A stretch of 64,000 nucleotides of DNA, taken from assembly GCF_000372725.1 (NCBI RefSeq), contig NW_005201287.1, positions 527,081-591,080 on the forward strand, written 5' to 3'. The translations under genes were made by a program, and so were the position numbers. The DNA is from Emiliania huxleyi CCMP1516 (lineage: Eukaryota). A model generated the notes under the pieces. That model did not search any database, was not told where the DNA came from, and saw only the letters and a list, made by a program, of their open reading frames with translations. Shown piece after piece: positions 1-11,455 of the stretch (position 1 is its first letter; every line of letters starts with the position of its first letter).

Positions 1-3000
1 ACCAGTACCTCGACATCTTTGAGCCGCTGCTGCTCGAGGAGTGCCGCGCCCAGATCCTGCGCTCGATGGGCGAGTCGGAGCCGGCGCCGCACCACCTCAA
101 GCTCCTCTCAATCGAGCAGAACGAGCCCTTCCGCCTGATGCGCTTCCAGCCGCCGCCGCCGCCCGAGGGAGGCAAGCCGCACTTCTTCGAGACGGACATC
201 GTGCTCGTCTCGTACGAGCCGCTCGACATGGACGCGGCCGCCAAGCGCGGCGACGGCGAGGACGAGGACGAGCCCTCCACCGGCGGCGACTTTCACGCGC
301 TCGGGCTGGTCGCGTCGGGCGGCGGCTCAGAGCATCTGTCGATCAAGCTGCACCTTCCGTCGCAGCGGACGGCGCGGATGCCGCAGGCGCAGTTCAAGCG
401 GCTCTCGATGCTGCACCGCGTGATGGTCCCCTCCTCGGGCCACTGGTGCGTCCGAGAGGCCGTGCAGCGTGCTGCTGGCGAGGGGAGGCGCGTGGTGACG
501 GCGCCTCCTCGTCGCTCAGGTACGTGCAGAAGCTGGGCAACATGGTGACGATCAACCGCGAGTTCCAGGCGCTCTCCTCGATGCGAGACCAATCAACTCG
601 CCAATGATCGATTCATCACTTCCTCCCCCGGGCGCTGTACTCGATGCGGGACTAATCAGCGAATTCGTTCATTCCTCACTCCCCCAGGCGCTGTACTCGA
701 TGCGAGACCTGCCGCTGTGCGAGGCTCTGCTGGGTAGATGCGGAACTACGTGTGTGTTCACGCTCGAGCGCTCGAGAGGACACGCCTTCGGCTGTACTCA
801 GCTCTGCTCAGCCGCATGCACTTTATCCGCAGCCCTTGCATCCACGCGCTGCCCTCAGAGCACACCGCTCGCACACCGCTCGACTCTGCCGCTCCTGGCG
901 CAGGCGCTGCTGGCGCCTGGCCCGTCGCGGCTTCCCGCCTCCGCGACTCTCAAGCCGTCGGAGCGCCCGCTGCGCGCCGTCGAGACGGCAGCGAGCTACG
1001 TTTGACTAGCGCGCAGTCCTTGGTGTGGTCCATAGGAAGCCTTGCTGCGCGCAATCGAGACGCGATTCGACAAGTCGCAGCTGCAAGCGATCCGCCTCTC
1101 CCTCACCGGCCGAGGAGCGAGATGAGCCGAGATGAGCCGAGATCAGCCGAGATCAGCCGAGATCAGCCGAGATCAGCCGAGATGAGGTCCGCCCCTCCCT
1201 CACCGGCCGACGAGCGGCGCTCGTGTGGTTGGCCAGCTTCACAGCTGTCTCTGTCTGGACTGGCAGCCCCTGTATGACCTCTCTCTCTCTCTCGCTGCAG
1301 GCGTGACGCTCATCCAGGGCCCTCCTGGCACCGGCAAGACTAAGACCATCCTCGGCGCTCCCTCTCCCGCCCTCCTCGCGAGAGGCGCCCTCCTTGCCCC
1401 GAATGAGAGACTGGCTCCCACACACCCCCTCCAGGAATCCTCTCTGTCCTCCTCGCGACGAGGGACGCGCGCGCGCGGCAGGAGGAGGGCGCCGCCGCGC
1501 CGCCGCCCTCCGCCATCGCCCCCCTCTCCCCCGACGACCCGCACACCCGCCCGCCGCCCCCCTCGGTCGCCTCCCTCCTCGCCGCCGCGTCGCCATGGCT
1601 CCGCTCCAGCAGCTACGCGGGCATCGACGCGCCCGGCGTCAGACGCGCGGCCGCGCCGCCCGCCGCCCCCTCCTCCGCCGCCCCCTCCTCCTCCGCCGCC
1701 CCCTCCGCCGCCGCCCCCTCCTCCGCCGCCCCGGCCGCCCTGTCGCGTGGCGTCTTCCCGCACGCCGCCGAGACAGACCGCCACCTGTCTCTCGGCCGCG
1801 CCACGGTAGAGGCCCCTCCGAGGCACGTGCTAGTGTGCGCCCCCTCCAACGCCGCCATCGACGAGATCGTCGCCCGCATCCTCGGCCGCGACGGAGGCGG
1901 AGGGGGAGGGGGCGGCGGCATGCTCGACGGCGCGGGGCACCCGTGGGTGCCGGACTGTGGTGCGGGTGTGCGGCCTGGGGTGGCGGAGGGACTGACTCAC
2001 TCTCCCTCGCTTGGGAGGTGCCCGCCGTAGTGCGGGTGGGGCCAAACGTCAACGAGGCGCTGCTCGACGTGTCCCTCGAGACGCTCGCCAAGCGGCGCGC
2101 TGCAGAGAAGGGGTGCTCGTTTGACGCTGCCAAGGCGCGAGAGCGAGCCGAGATACAGCCGAGATCGAGGCGAGGTGCAGCCGAGGTGCTGCCGAGGTGC
2201 AGCCAAGGTATAGCCGAGGTGCAGCCAAGGTATAGCCGAGGTGCGAGGTGCAGCCGAGGTACAGCCGAGGTGTGATGCCTGAAGGTGGGCGTGCTCAACG
2301 ACGCGCAGATCGTCTGCACCACCCTCTCGTGCGCCGGCTACGCCATGTTCAACTCGCTCAAGAGCGGGTTCGACACGGTGCTCGTCGACGAGGCGGCGCA
2401 GGCGGTCGAGGTGTCCTCCCTCATCCCGCTCAAGTGCCACCCTCCCTCTGCCTGGAGCACTGCCTTCCAGGACATGTCCACGACATGTCCACGACATGCG
2501 CCCGAAGGTACGCCTGCCGCCGCCTCATCCTCGTCGGCGACCCGAAGCAGCTGCCCGCCACCGTCTTCTCGGAGGTGCTGTGATGTGAGAAGGGGAGGAG
2601 AGCCGTCATCTGACGTGCTACCGAGCAGCTCCCCGCCGCTCTTCTCGCCTCCTCGCGCAGGTTGCGACCCAGCAAAACTACGAGCAGTCTCTCTTCCAGC
2701 GGCTGCAGCGCGGCGGCCAGCAGGTCGCCCTCCTGCAGACGCAGTACCGCATGCACCCGCGCATCTCCTCCTTCCCGCGCGCCGCCTTCTACGACGGCGT
2801 CCTTCGCGACTCGCCGCACCTGGCAGAGATGCCGCCGCAGCCGTGGCACGAGGTGCGCGTCCTCGCGCCGTACCTCGTGCTCGACGTCGCCGACGGCCGC
2901 AGCGACGGGTGCGCGCGGGGGCCGTGTCCCGGCCATGTCCACGACACGTCCCGGACACATGCCTCGCAGGCCGCGCGACCGAGAAGCAGTCCTCGTGGCT

Positions 3001-3890
3001 CAACGATCTCGAGGCGCAGCTTGCCCTCGAGATCGTCCGGCTGCTGCTCGCAAGGCACTCTGCCGACCTGCAGCCCGCCTCAATCGGCATCATCTCGCCG
3101 TACAACGCGCAAGTGCGGCGCATCCGGCCGCGGCCTGCCCGACACGTCCAGGACGCGTCCAGGACATGTCCCGGACACGGCCCGCAGGTGCGGCACATCC
3201 GGCGAGTCCTCGCCGAGGCGCTCGGCGCCGAGACGGCGGCGGCGCTCGAGGTGAACTCCGTCGACGGCTTCCAGGGGCGCGAGAAGTCGGTGATCCTCCT
3301 CTCGACGGTGCCGAGACGAGAGCCGAGATTCGCCGAGATCGCCGAGATTGCTGGGATTCGCCGAGACTCGCCGAGATCGCTGAGATTCGCCGGGAGAATA
3401 GCCGAGAAGCCGGCCCTCCCCTCTCACGGCGGGACTTTGGGCCACGCGACCTTCCCGGAGCCCTCCCGGAGCCCTCCGACAGGTGCGGTCGGACTTCGGG
3501 CGGGAGCGCGGCCTCGGCGTGGGGTTCGTCAAGGACGAGCGGCGGATCAACGTCTCGATGACGCGCGCGAAGCACTCGCTCCTCATCCTCGGCCACGCCG
3601 CCACGCTGCGCCAGGCGCCCATCTGGGAGCGGCTGATTGACGACGCCAAGGAGCGCGGCTGCCTGCTCAAGGCAACCTCGCCCCTCTCGGTCTGGTTCGA
3701 GACGGCGAGCAAGCAGCGCGCCAAGGAGTGCGGCAAGCCGGCGTCGAGCGGCGGCGCGAAGCGCGCGCCGCCAAAGGTGGAGGCGGCGGCGGAGGGGGGG
3801 CGCGTGGAGGCCGAGGCGCCGGCGCGATCGCCGAGCGGGAGAGCAGCAGCAGCAAAGTCGACGAGGTCGCCGAGGAGGAGGCGCACCTAG
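1..3890 (+). CDS. SEN1: Sen1/senataxin (Upf1-like SF1B) RNA/DNA helicase, multi-exon, 5'-truncated by the window edge
   Basis: Helicase motifs occur in order across exons: YLDIFEPLLLEECRAQI, LIQGPPGTGKTKTILG (Walker A), VLVCAPSNAAIDEIV, AQIVCTTLSCAG, FDTVLVDEAAQAVE (Walker B), LILVGDPKQLPATV, YEQSLFQRL, LQTQYRMHPRISSFP, IGIISPYNAQV, VNSVDGFQGREK, RRINVSMTRAK. Stop TAG at 3888-3890. Confidence 0.9.
1118..1185. repeat. Intronic 10-bp tandem repeat (AGCCGAGATC/AGCCGAGATG)
   Basis: About 6 copies inside a helicase intron; related units at 3320-3400 and 41596-41636. Confidence 0.85.
2146..2272. repeat. Intronic 11-bp tandem repeat (GCCGAGGTGCA-type)
   Basis: About 10 degenerate copies in a helicase intron; same unit at 50820-50965 (SQR intron) and reverse-complemented at 63958-64000. 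Confidence 0.85.
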
Positions 3891-4039
3891 CGCCCGTAGA
3901 GCTGTCACACAGAGTCAGAGAGGTCTGGTGCGTGGTGGGAAGGGCATGTGAGGAGAACGGCGCGAGCGCTCTTGAAATCGTAGTCTTTAAAAGAGCACAC
4001 ACAAAAAGCTCGGTTGCCAACGACTTGCCTGACCTCGCC

Positions 4040-6022
4040 TTACTCGCTCGTGTCGGCCACGCCCATCTCGAAGAGCCACGCCGCCGCCCCCTCCTTGAGG
4101 GGCGGGTGCTCCGCGCCGATGTGCCGCACCGTCTCCACCAGCGGCTGCCTCTGCCTCGCCGCGGCTTGCGACGCCTCACCAAAAGAGGCCCCGAACGCCT
4201 CTTTGAGGCGTGGCTGGCGGAGGAGGGCGAGGAGCGACGCGGCGAACGGCGGGGCGTACGGCGGCGCGACGACGGCGAGGAGGCGGAGTGCGACGTGGCG
4301 CGCGAGGGAGAAGTCTGCGGCGCTGCTCGAGGCAACCTCGCCCAGCGCCTCCATCACGGGCGCCACCACGCCCCGCGCGAGGAGCGAGATGGCGCAGTCC
4401 ACCAGTCGCTTTTGCAGCGCGAGCCCGCCTTGGAGCTGCCGCAGCCGCGCGGAGAGCACGGCGCAGCACTGGCGCAGCAGCGCGGGCTGCGCCGCCGCGA
4501 CGGCCATCACCACGCCAACCTGCGCCTCGGGCGCCTCCTCGTCCTCGCTCGCGTCGGAGCGGCGGCCGAGCGCGCCTCGCTGCAGCCCCTCGTGCGCCCA
4601 CAGCAGGGCTCCGCCCGCCGCCGCCGCGTCGCTGCAGAGCGGAACCAGCCGCCGCGCCTGAGAGACAAGCGAGAGACAGGCGAGATATGGGCGAGAGAGG
4701 CGAGCCGAGAGACACGCCCGAAGTACCAGCCGCGCCTGAGAGAGGGGCTCCGACCCCTCCTCGCGGCACACACCGCTCGCCGCGCCGACCGCGCGCCGCG
4801 CCGCCGCCCATCCGCCTCCCGCCGCGCCTCCCGCCGCGCCTCCCGCCGCGCCGCCCGCCGCGCCGCCGGCCGCCGCGTCGCCAGGCGAGGCTGGCTCGCC
4901 CGAGGAGAGGGTGGCGAGCACGTCGAGCGCCGCGTGCAGCGCGTCGCCGGGAGGCAGACCCTGCCGCTGGGGCGGTGAGAAGGCGGCGGCGAGGAGGAGG
5001 CGGACGAGGGGAGGGCGGCGCAGCACGGGCAGGAGGGGCGAGGCGTCCGCTTCAGACGCGAGAGCTCTCAGCCGGACCGCATCCGCCGCGAGGAGAGAGC
5101 CTAAAGGGAGGCCTCCGAGCAGCCTCTCCCGACAAAGGCTCCTCCAGCCGGGGTTGCCGTCGAGTGCAGGGCAGCTGGCCCGACGCAGCGATGGAGACGC
5201 AGCAAGCGGCGAGAGGGGACTGGAGGGTGGCTCCGGCAGCGAGGAGCTCGAAGCGGTGTGCGCCTAAGGGGAGAGCGGTCAATGGCCACTCACGGAAGGG
5301 AGGAGAGGGAGAGAGGAGCAGGGAGGAGGAGCGGAGGAGCAGGGAGGAGCAGGGAGGAGCAGGGAGGGAGGCGGCGGCGGCGCACCGAGGCTTCGCTCGG
5401 CCGCCGCCGCCGCAACCTCCGCCGTCGCGTGCTGAAGCAGCGCAACCACCCCGGGCGGCACCACCTCCCCCTTGACCTCCCCTCCCCGCCCGGCCGCAGC
5501 CTCCTCGGCGGCGGCGCAGAGCCCGCCCAGCAGCAGCGCGGAGCAGGCGGCGCTCGCCTCGTCTCCAGCGCAGAGAGCGACCAGCGCCTTGCTCGCGCCT
5601 GGCCCGCCGCTCAGCCGCGCCGCCAGCCGGTCGGCGAGGCAGTCGAGGAGGTGGGCGACGGACGAACCGCCCGCGAGCGCCGCCGCGTCCCGCGACTCGC
5701 TCGTCCGCTCCGCCGCCTCGGCCGCGTGCGCCGGAGAGGCGAGGAGGCGCTGGACGGCGGTGTTGAGGAGCGCGCTGCTCGGGTGGCGCGCGTGCAGCGT
5801 GTACACCAGCTCGCGCCACCGCGCGCGCTCGAGGAGCTCGCCCAGCCACGGCGGGCCGCCCGGTGGGTCGCCCGCCCCGTCTGCGCGAGACGGGTCAAAG
5901 CGCGAGGCGCACAAAACGGCGAGCGTGTCGTCGAACGAGACGGCGATCTGCTCCTCGCTGTCGCCGGAGCAGAGGAGCCAGGCGTGCAGCGACTGGAGCC
6001 GCTCCTCCTCGGTGACTGGCAT
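4040..6022 (-). CDS. NELFCD: Negative elongation factor C/D (TH1) homolog, multi-exon
   Basis: PPWLGELLERARWRELVYTLHARHPSSALLNTAVQRL resembles the TH1 'PxWLxxxIxxxxWRxLxYxLAExYPxCLMLNF' block. LRRPPLVRLLLAAAFSP and the C-terminal LQKRLVDCAISLLARGVVAPV...ADFSLARHVALRLLAVVAPPYAPPF match the TH1 C-terminus (xLLSRGxVxPV...DxSLIRYFVxEVLxxIAPPYxxxF). ATG at 6022, TAA at 4040-4042. Confidence 0.75.
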
Positions 6023-6695
6023 GCGCGCTCTCGCCTTGCCGCAAAAAAGAATTGGTGTCGACACGTTCCCGTCGGCTGGACTGCCCTCGTCGAGTGCGTG
6101 TCGCCAACCAAGGCGGGACGCACTCAGGGACAGTGACGGCGGGACGCGGCTCGAGAGGCGGCTCCCGCGGAGGCACGGCTGGCACCCGTGGCGCGGGGCT
6201 CGTCTTCGGAAAGACCAGGATCGCTCTACTGGCAAACTTCTGGCTGACACGCGCGCCCGGTCGAGCCTTCGGCGGGCGCGCTGCGGTCGCACGCCTACCC
6301 AAGTCATATGCCACGGCGTGCGATCTAGATTCAGCACACGCGCCTCTGCTCGCAACCACTCATCCAATGAACTGTCGTCACCCATGAGTGCGAGTTAGGG
6401 CTAGCGGCTGGCCAATAGCCTGTGAGGAGGGCGTCCATAGACACCTCACAAGACCCCACACACGGTCTCGTCCGTGCCTTGCGGCCGGCGACGAGATTGC
6501 TAGAGGCGGAGCAAGCCTGCTCTAGTCTCACACGTTCGCCCCTGTCGCCTGTCTGTGTTGTTGTGCTGTTGTTTGTCTCTTGGCACCTTGGAGTGCTGGG
6601 GGGGGCGACAGGGGGGACGTGGCCTGAGTGATGTGTACGCCCACTCAGGATGTGTGGCAGCCCGCTGGCTGTGTGTCTTGTGAGCTTGTTTGTGT

Positions 6696-6790
6696 CTGTG
6701 TGTCGCTCGTGCGTGTCGTCATCATCTGTCTTGCGTCCACCCATACCGCGTTGGTGTCCAGTCCGAGCCTGACTGTTCTTCACCTTACTA
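6696..6790. repeat. Dispersed repeat; inverted copy at about 17398-17495
   Basis: CTGTGTGTCGCTCGTGCGTGTCGTCATCATCTGTC..GCGTCCACCCATACCGCGTTGGTGTCCAGTCCGAGCCTG is present reverse-complemented at about 17415-17490. Confidence 0.8.
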
Positions 6791-7647
6791 CATACATACA
6801 TACATGTGTGTGTGTGGCTAGCGCACCACACACCTCTCCTTAAAATCCCTGTGTGGTGGCGGCGTGCCGTCCTCCCATCCCTCCCTTGGGTTGTCTGTTT
6901 TCTTTCTTTCTTTCTTTCTGTGGTGTACCTGTGTTGTGTGTGTGTGTGACTAACTAGCCGTCGTCCACGTTGATCGCGTTGTCCGTCGGGTCCCTTAAAC
7001 TCTGACTGATCTCGTCGTCCAGCCTCGGTGCTGTCGTTCTCCGCAAAGTCCTCACTCCTTCCCTCTCGCTCGGGTCTCTCTCGGAATCTCGGCTCTCACC
7101 GTCTCTCCGCGCCCGCTAGACCGGCTCGTGTCGCAGCACTGTCAGACGGTCTTCAAGCGCCAATCCAGGTCGTTGCTAAAGGAGGGCGTGCTCAAGAGCT
7201 CAAGTGCAAGCTCCCGCACGACATCTCCATCTGCGACGCTGACAGCCAGCCCTTGTCGATTGATGACATTTACGATTTTTTTGGCATCCTTAAATGCCAC
7301 AGCGCACGGGCCCTTCGGGCTGGTAGAGTGCTGCGGCACATGCAGCACGAGGACGCAAATCACGCGTTCAACACCCACGCGGATCGGATCGACACAGCGT
7401 GCGGCGCCTGGTGGGCGACTTGAATGATCTTTTACAGCGAAAACAACGCTGCGCGAAGCTACGAGTACATCCTGCGCGTCTACTACAGACCGGGGGAGGA
7501 GCCGCCGGCGGGCCGTTTACCTTCACCAGTGCTGCAGGCGGCCCTCCGTATGAGATTTACATTGTCTACAAAGAAGCGACCAAATCGACGGGTATACCAC
7601 CGGGGCGGCGGGGGCGAATCGCAGGGAGCACACAGTAGAGCACGGAT

Positions 7648-7737
7648 GGTTAGGGTTAGGGTTAGGGTTAGGGTTAGGGTTATAGGGTTAGGGTCAGGGG
7701 TAGGGTTAGGGTCAGGGTTAGGGTGAGAGTTAGGGTT
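7648..7737 (+). repeat. Interstitial telomeric repeat (TTAGGG)n with variants
   Basis: About 15 hexamers: TTAGGG, with TCAGGG, GTAGGG and TGAGAG variants toward the 3' end. Confidence 0.9.
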
Positions 7738-9423
7738 GACCGCCCCCCCGAACGCCCCCTTTTTTTGGCCGTCCCCACGCTAAAATTTCGAGTTCACTCT
7801 CCAAAACGCCACAAAAAGAAATCCGACGCCACAGCCCTCCCCCACCACAGTAAAACACCACCGGGGGCCCCTTCAATGGCACTCTTGCGCCTAACAAGGA
7901 TTTTTCTTGATTGTGCTCCCGTCCCTTTATAGCTTATGGATATAGATTTTTGCTCGCGATATTTTGTTCACTCCAAGTGGAAGTGCTCCAAGAGCAAGAC
8001 CAAGTGCCCGCGAGAGGAATGTGAGGAGCATTAGTGCTAGTCCCATCGGGGGGACGGCTCGCTTTAAACACTGCTCGACCGTCAGCCAGGAAGGGTGTGT
8101 CGCAACGCACTGTAATCTGTATTTAGTTTGGCCCGCAGCGGACCAGGACGTCACGACGCAGAGTCGTTCGCTGCTGTCTTCTCCACGCAGCAGCCGACGC
8201 CACCAGGCCTCGGTAGCTGAGCAGCAGGAGCCTCCTCGCTGCTGGCAGAGTTGCGCCTCTGTTTGCCGTCGCTAAGAGATCGTTGTTGCGGGAATCCAGG
8301 GAATCTAAAGGAATCTATAGCCGCAGGCGCATCCTGTGTCGAACGCGGGAACGCATGGTGATCGCAGACAGACTCCTCGATTGCGATGCTCAGTCTCCTC
8401 GATTGCGATGCTCGGGGCTCCATACCACTCGCCGCGCGGACACAAAGCTACGGCAGAGACGCCGCCGCCGCGGCGGCAAGTTCTATTCTCGGGTGAGCCT
8501 ATTCTCAGACTCAGTTTGTCCAAGCATGGTGCTATAACGAGCGAGCAGGCGTGGGAGATCGGAGACGATCGGGGAGCGCGATGCGTACTTGCCCTCGATG
8601 TTGACCCTCCCCCACCACCCCTCTCTCCGGACGACGCCGCTCTCGCACCTGCTATGGTCTCTCTCTCGATACACAACACGCTCGTCGACTTGGCAACAAG
8701 GGTTGACTCCATCGCGCTAGGCGACGAACCTGCCCCCGCCCCATGGGGCGGGGACCCCCGCCCCCCCGGGGGGGCCCTTGGGGCCCCTCCAGGGGGCGAC
8801 CCCTCCGGGGAGGCCGGCCTTCCCCGTGCCGGTTCTCCCCAACCAACCCCGCCGGCAGCGCGAGCTGCCGGCCACATTGAGCGGCTCGTCCGCGTCGCGC
8901 ACTCGTCCCAACCGGGGGCCGCAGACTCGTTCTGCGCGCCAACGGCTGGTGACGCTGTGTTGCTTGAGCTAGTCCTTCCCCGGTCGCCTAGCCTCTGCGC
9001 TGTCTGGCGAACGCCTGTATGCCATGCGCGCGGACCACGCTTGCGTGGATACGTGGCTGGCAGGCTGACCTGTGTGCGGGGTAACCCGCGCACGGGGAAG
9101 CTTCACGGGTTCGAGTCGTCAAATTAAGCAGCGGAGGTGTGCCGAGGGGGACCGGGAGGCGGTAAGTCGTCGCCCGGCGCTGCTTGCAGCACCATGGCGA
9201 TGGCGCTAAGAGGTTCCTCTTTTCCGCGCCCCCCCCGCAAGGCGCGCGATACACAAAACACCAAGTAATACATACTTTTGGATACACCCAACGCCGCCGC
9301 CCATACCCGCCACCCACAAAGCGCCTGCTCTACTTGACTATCCCGAACCACCCGCTCCACTTTCCACGGATCATGCCCGTGATAGCACCATCACTGCCGC
9401 CGTCCTGGTTTTGAACGTGGCAG

Positions 9424-10503
9424 CTAAGATATGCGCACCGTCGGCTCCTCCTCCCGCGCGTCGCCCCGCTCGGTCGCGTGCCACCGGCTCGCCCTCGGCG
9501 CGGTGATTCGCGTCGTCGCCAGCCACTTGCCGAAGCGGATCGTCCACCGCATCGTCGGGTGCAGACCGAGGGCCGTCCGCTGCATCGGCACGCTCTTCCC
9601 CGCCGCGGCCTGCGTCGCCAGGAACTCGCGCAGCCGCAGGCGCACGCGCCGAAGCTGCACCGACAGCGCCGGTCCGTGGGGCGCTAGCATCGGCCGCCCA
9701 TCGCCGCGCGCGGCCTCCTCCTGCCGCTCGTCATCCTCCGCCTCGAGGGCGTCCGCCAGCGCGCTGCGCCGCACACCCCGGCGCACAGGAGGCGGCGCCG
9801 GCCGCGCCTCGGCCGCCTCGGCGTCGCCCGCGGCACGGGCGCCCTGCTCGCCGTCCGCGCGGTCCATCGCCGCATCCCCATCCCTGGCTGCGGCAGCGCC
9901 GCCTGCGCCCGCGCCGGCCTGCTCTGGGACGGCGCGCCACCGCTCGTCGTCCAGCATGTGCCACCACCGCCGATCCGGGTAGCCGTCGTACTCGACCTCG
10001 TGCACGATCCGTCCGTCCCCGTCCTCCTCCCGCGCCATGACGGTCGCAGGGTACCACCGCTCACTGTCGCAGAAGATCTCGAGGCGCGATCCGGTGGACA
10101 GGACAGTGTGGCCGTCGAGCGCCGCCCTGGCATCCTCGCGCTTTCGCTTCCGGCGCATCGCCTTCGTCTCCTTGCTGCGCAGCAAGGGTGTAGTTCGGGC
10201 CCACCTCCGCCACGCTGTCCAGCAGCTGGGGGCGGCACTCGCCATCTCGCCCGCGTCGGCCTCCGGCGGAAGCTCCGCGTCGCCCGCGGCCGCTTCCCGA
10301 GCGCGCTCGTCGCGCATCCGCTCGTGGTGGGCCTGCCGACGCGCCACGCCGGCGCCCGTGTGCCTCGCCGCCGCGTCCGGCGACGGCATCGATCGCTGCC
10401 ACAGGTCGTCCCACAGGTCGTCCCAAATAGGACGCATCCAGACCGCCGCATTACGACCGCCGAAAAGTCTCCCACTCGCCTCCCCAAACCTAAATCGTCT
10501 CAC
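9424..10503 (-). CDS. Tudor/Agenet-like domain ORF, possibly a transposon-derived fragment
   Basis: LSTGSRLEIFCDSERWYPATVMAREEDGDGRIVHEVEYDGYPDRRWW has the Tudor-like WYPAxV...VxYDG pattern. Intronless, flanked by repeats; start uncertain. Confidence 0.45.
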   Translation of the reverse strand: MRRFRFGEASGRLFGGRNAAVWMRPIWDDLWDDLWQRSMPSPDAAARHTGAGVARRQAHHERMRDERAREAAAGDAELPPEADAGEMASAAPSCWTAWRRWARTTPLLRSKETKAMRRKRKREDARAALDGHTVLSTGSRLEIFCDSERWYPATVMAREEDGDGRIVHEVEYDGYPDRRWWHMLDDERWRAVPEQAGAGAGGAAAARDGDAAMDRADGEQGARAAGDAEAAEARPAPPPVRRGVRRSALADALEAEDDERQEEAARGDGRPMLAPHGPALSVQLRRVRLRLREFLATQAAAGKSVPMQRTALGLHPTMRWTIRFGKWLATTRITAPRASRWHATERGDAREEEPTVRIS

Positions 10504-10780
10504 TAGTTACATACATACAAAAGTGAACTCCTCCATCCACGCCAGACCCCCCGCCCCCCCTTTCAGTTCTCACGACGCCCAACGTCCTCCAGCCGATACT
10601 GTAGCGTTCGTTAGCATCGCGCCGTGTTTCCCCACGCGCAAACAAAGGCCAGAGTCGCGCGGGTTGCAGCTGGCATTCTATGCTCCAGATGCATCGTGTG
10701 GCTTATCGGCTTATTAGCGGAACAAAAAAGCGGCGCTTAACCTCTCTTCTCACACGTATGTTCCCGTTCCCTCCCCTCAC

Positions 10781-11005
10781 AGGATGCAGATGCAGAATGC
10801 AGAATCGGCCCCAAAGCTGTGAACTGCACCCGATGCAGGATGCAGATGCAGAATGCAGGATGCAGAAGCGGGCCCAAAGGTACAGCTGTGAGAGACATGC
10901 AGGATGCAGGATGCAGAATGCAGAATGCAAATGCTCACCCGCAGCCAGGAGGGACAGGGAGCGGACAGAGTACCGATGGCGATGCAGGATGCAGGTGCAG
11001 AATGC
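10781..11005. repeat. Degenerate 7-bp satellite (ATGCAGA/ATGCAGG)
   Basis: Repeated GATGCAGAATGCA units are directly visible. Confidence 0.75.
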
Positions 11006-11455
11006 AAAAACTCGCCCAATAATTGAATATAGGTAGCACGTAGGAGAGGCCAAAATGCAAAAAAAGAGTCACGTAATGCATATCGCACCCAAGAGTGCAC
11101 TCACTGTGTGTGCAGAGAGGGTCTGTATGGTGCAGATGCTCTCTATGCAGACTGCATGCTGCATGCACATGTCTCATACACAGAGAGAGAGAGAGAGAGA
11201 TTCGCAAAATGCACGCTCCTGCAAATCCCCTCTCGCCTCTGCCGGAGGCAATGGAGGGACGTCTTGCGAGCGGGGCGCCTCAGGGGCGCCCTCGGGACGA
11301 CAAGCTCACCAGTACACGGGGGGGGGGGGGGGTGCGGCGATGAACGTTAGCATCGCGCCGTGTTTCCCCACGCGCAAACAAAGGCCAGAGTCGCGCGGGT
11401 TGCAGCTGGCATTCTATGCTCCAGAGCATTCGCAGACGCCGCACCGCCCCATTAA

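Noticed and set aside
3728..5849. Long Arg/Ala/Pro-rich ORFs overlapping the NELF-C/D gene (and similar shadow ORFs throughout)
   Set aside because: These are alternative-frame or antisense shadows expected at this GC content.
8336..9127. 263-aa ORF as a gene or transposase
   Set aside because: No recognisable motifs, and it lies in repeat-rich DNA.
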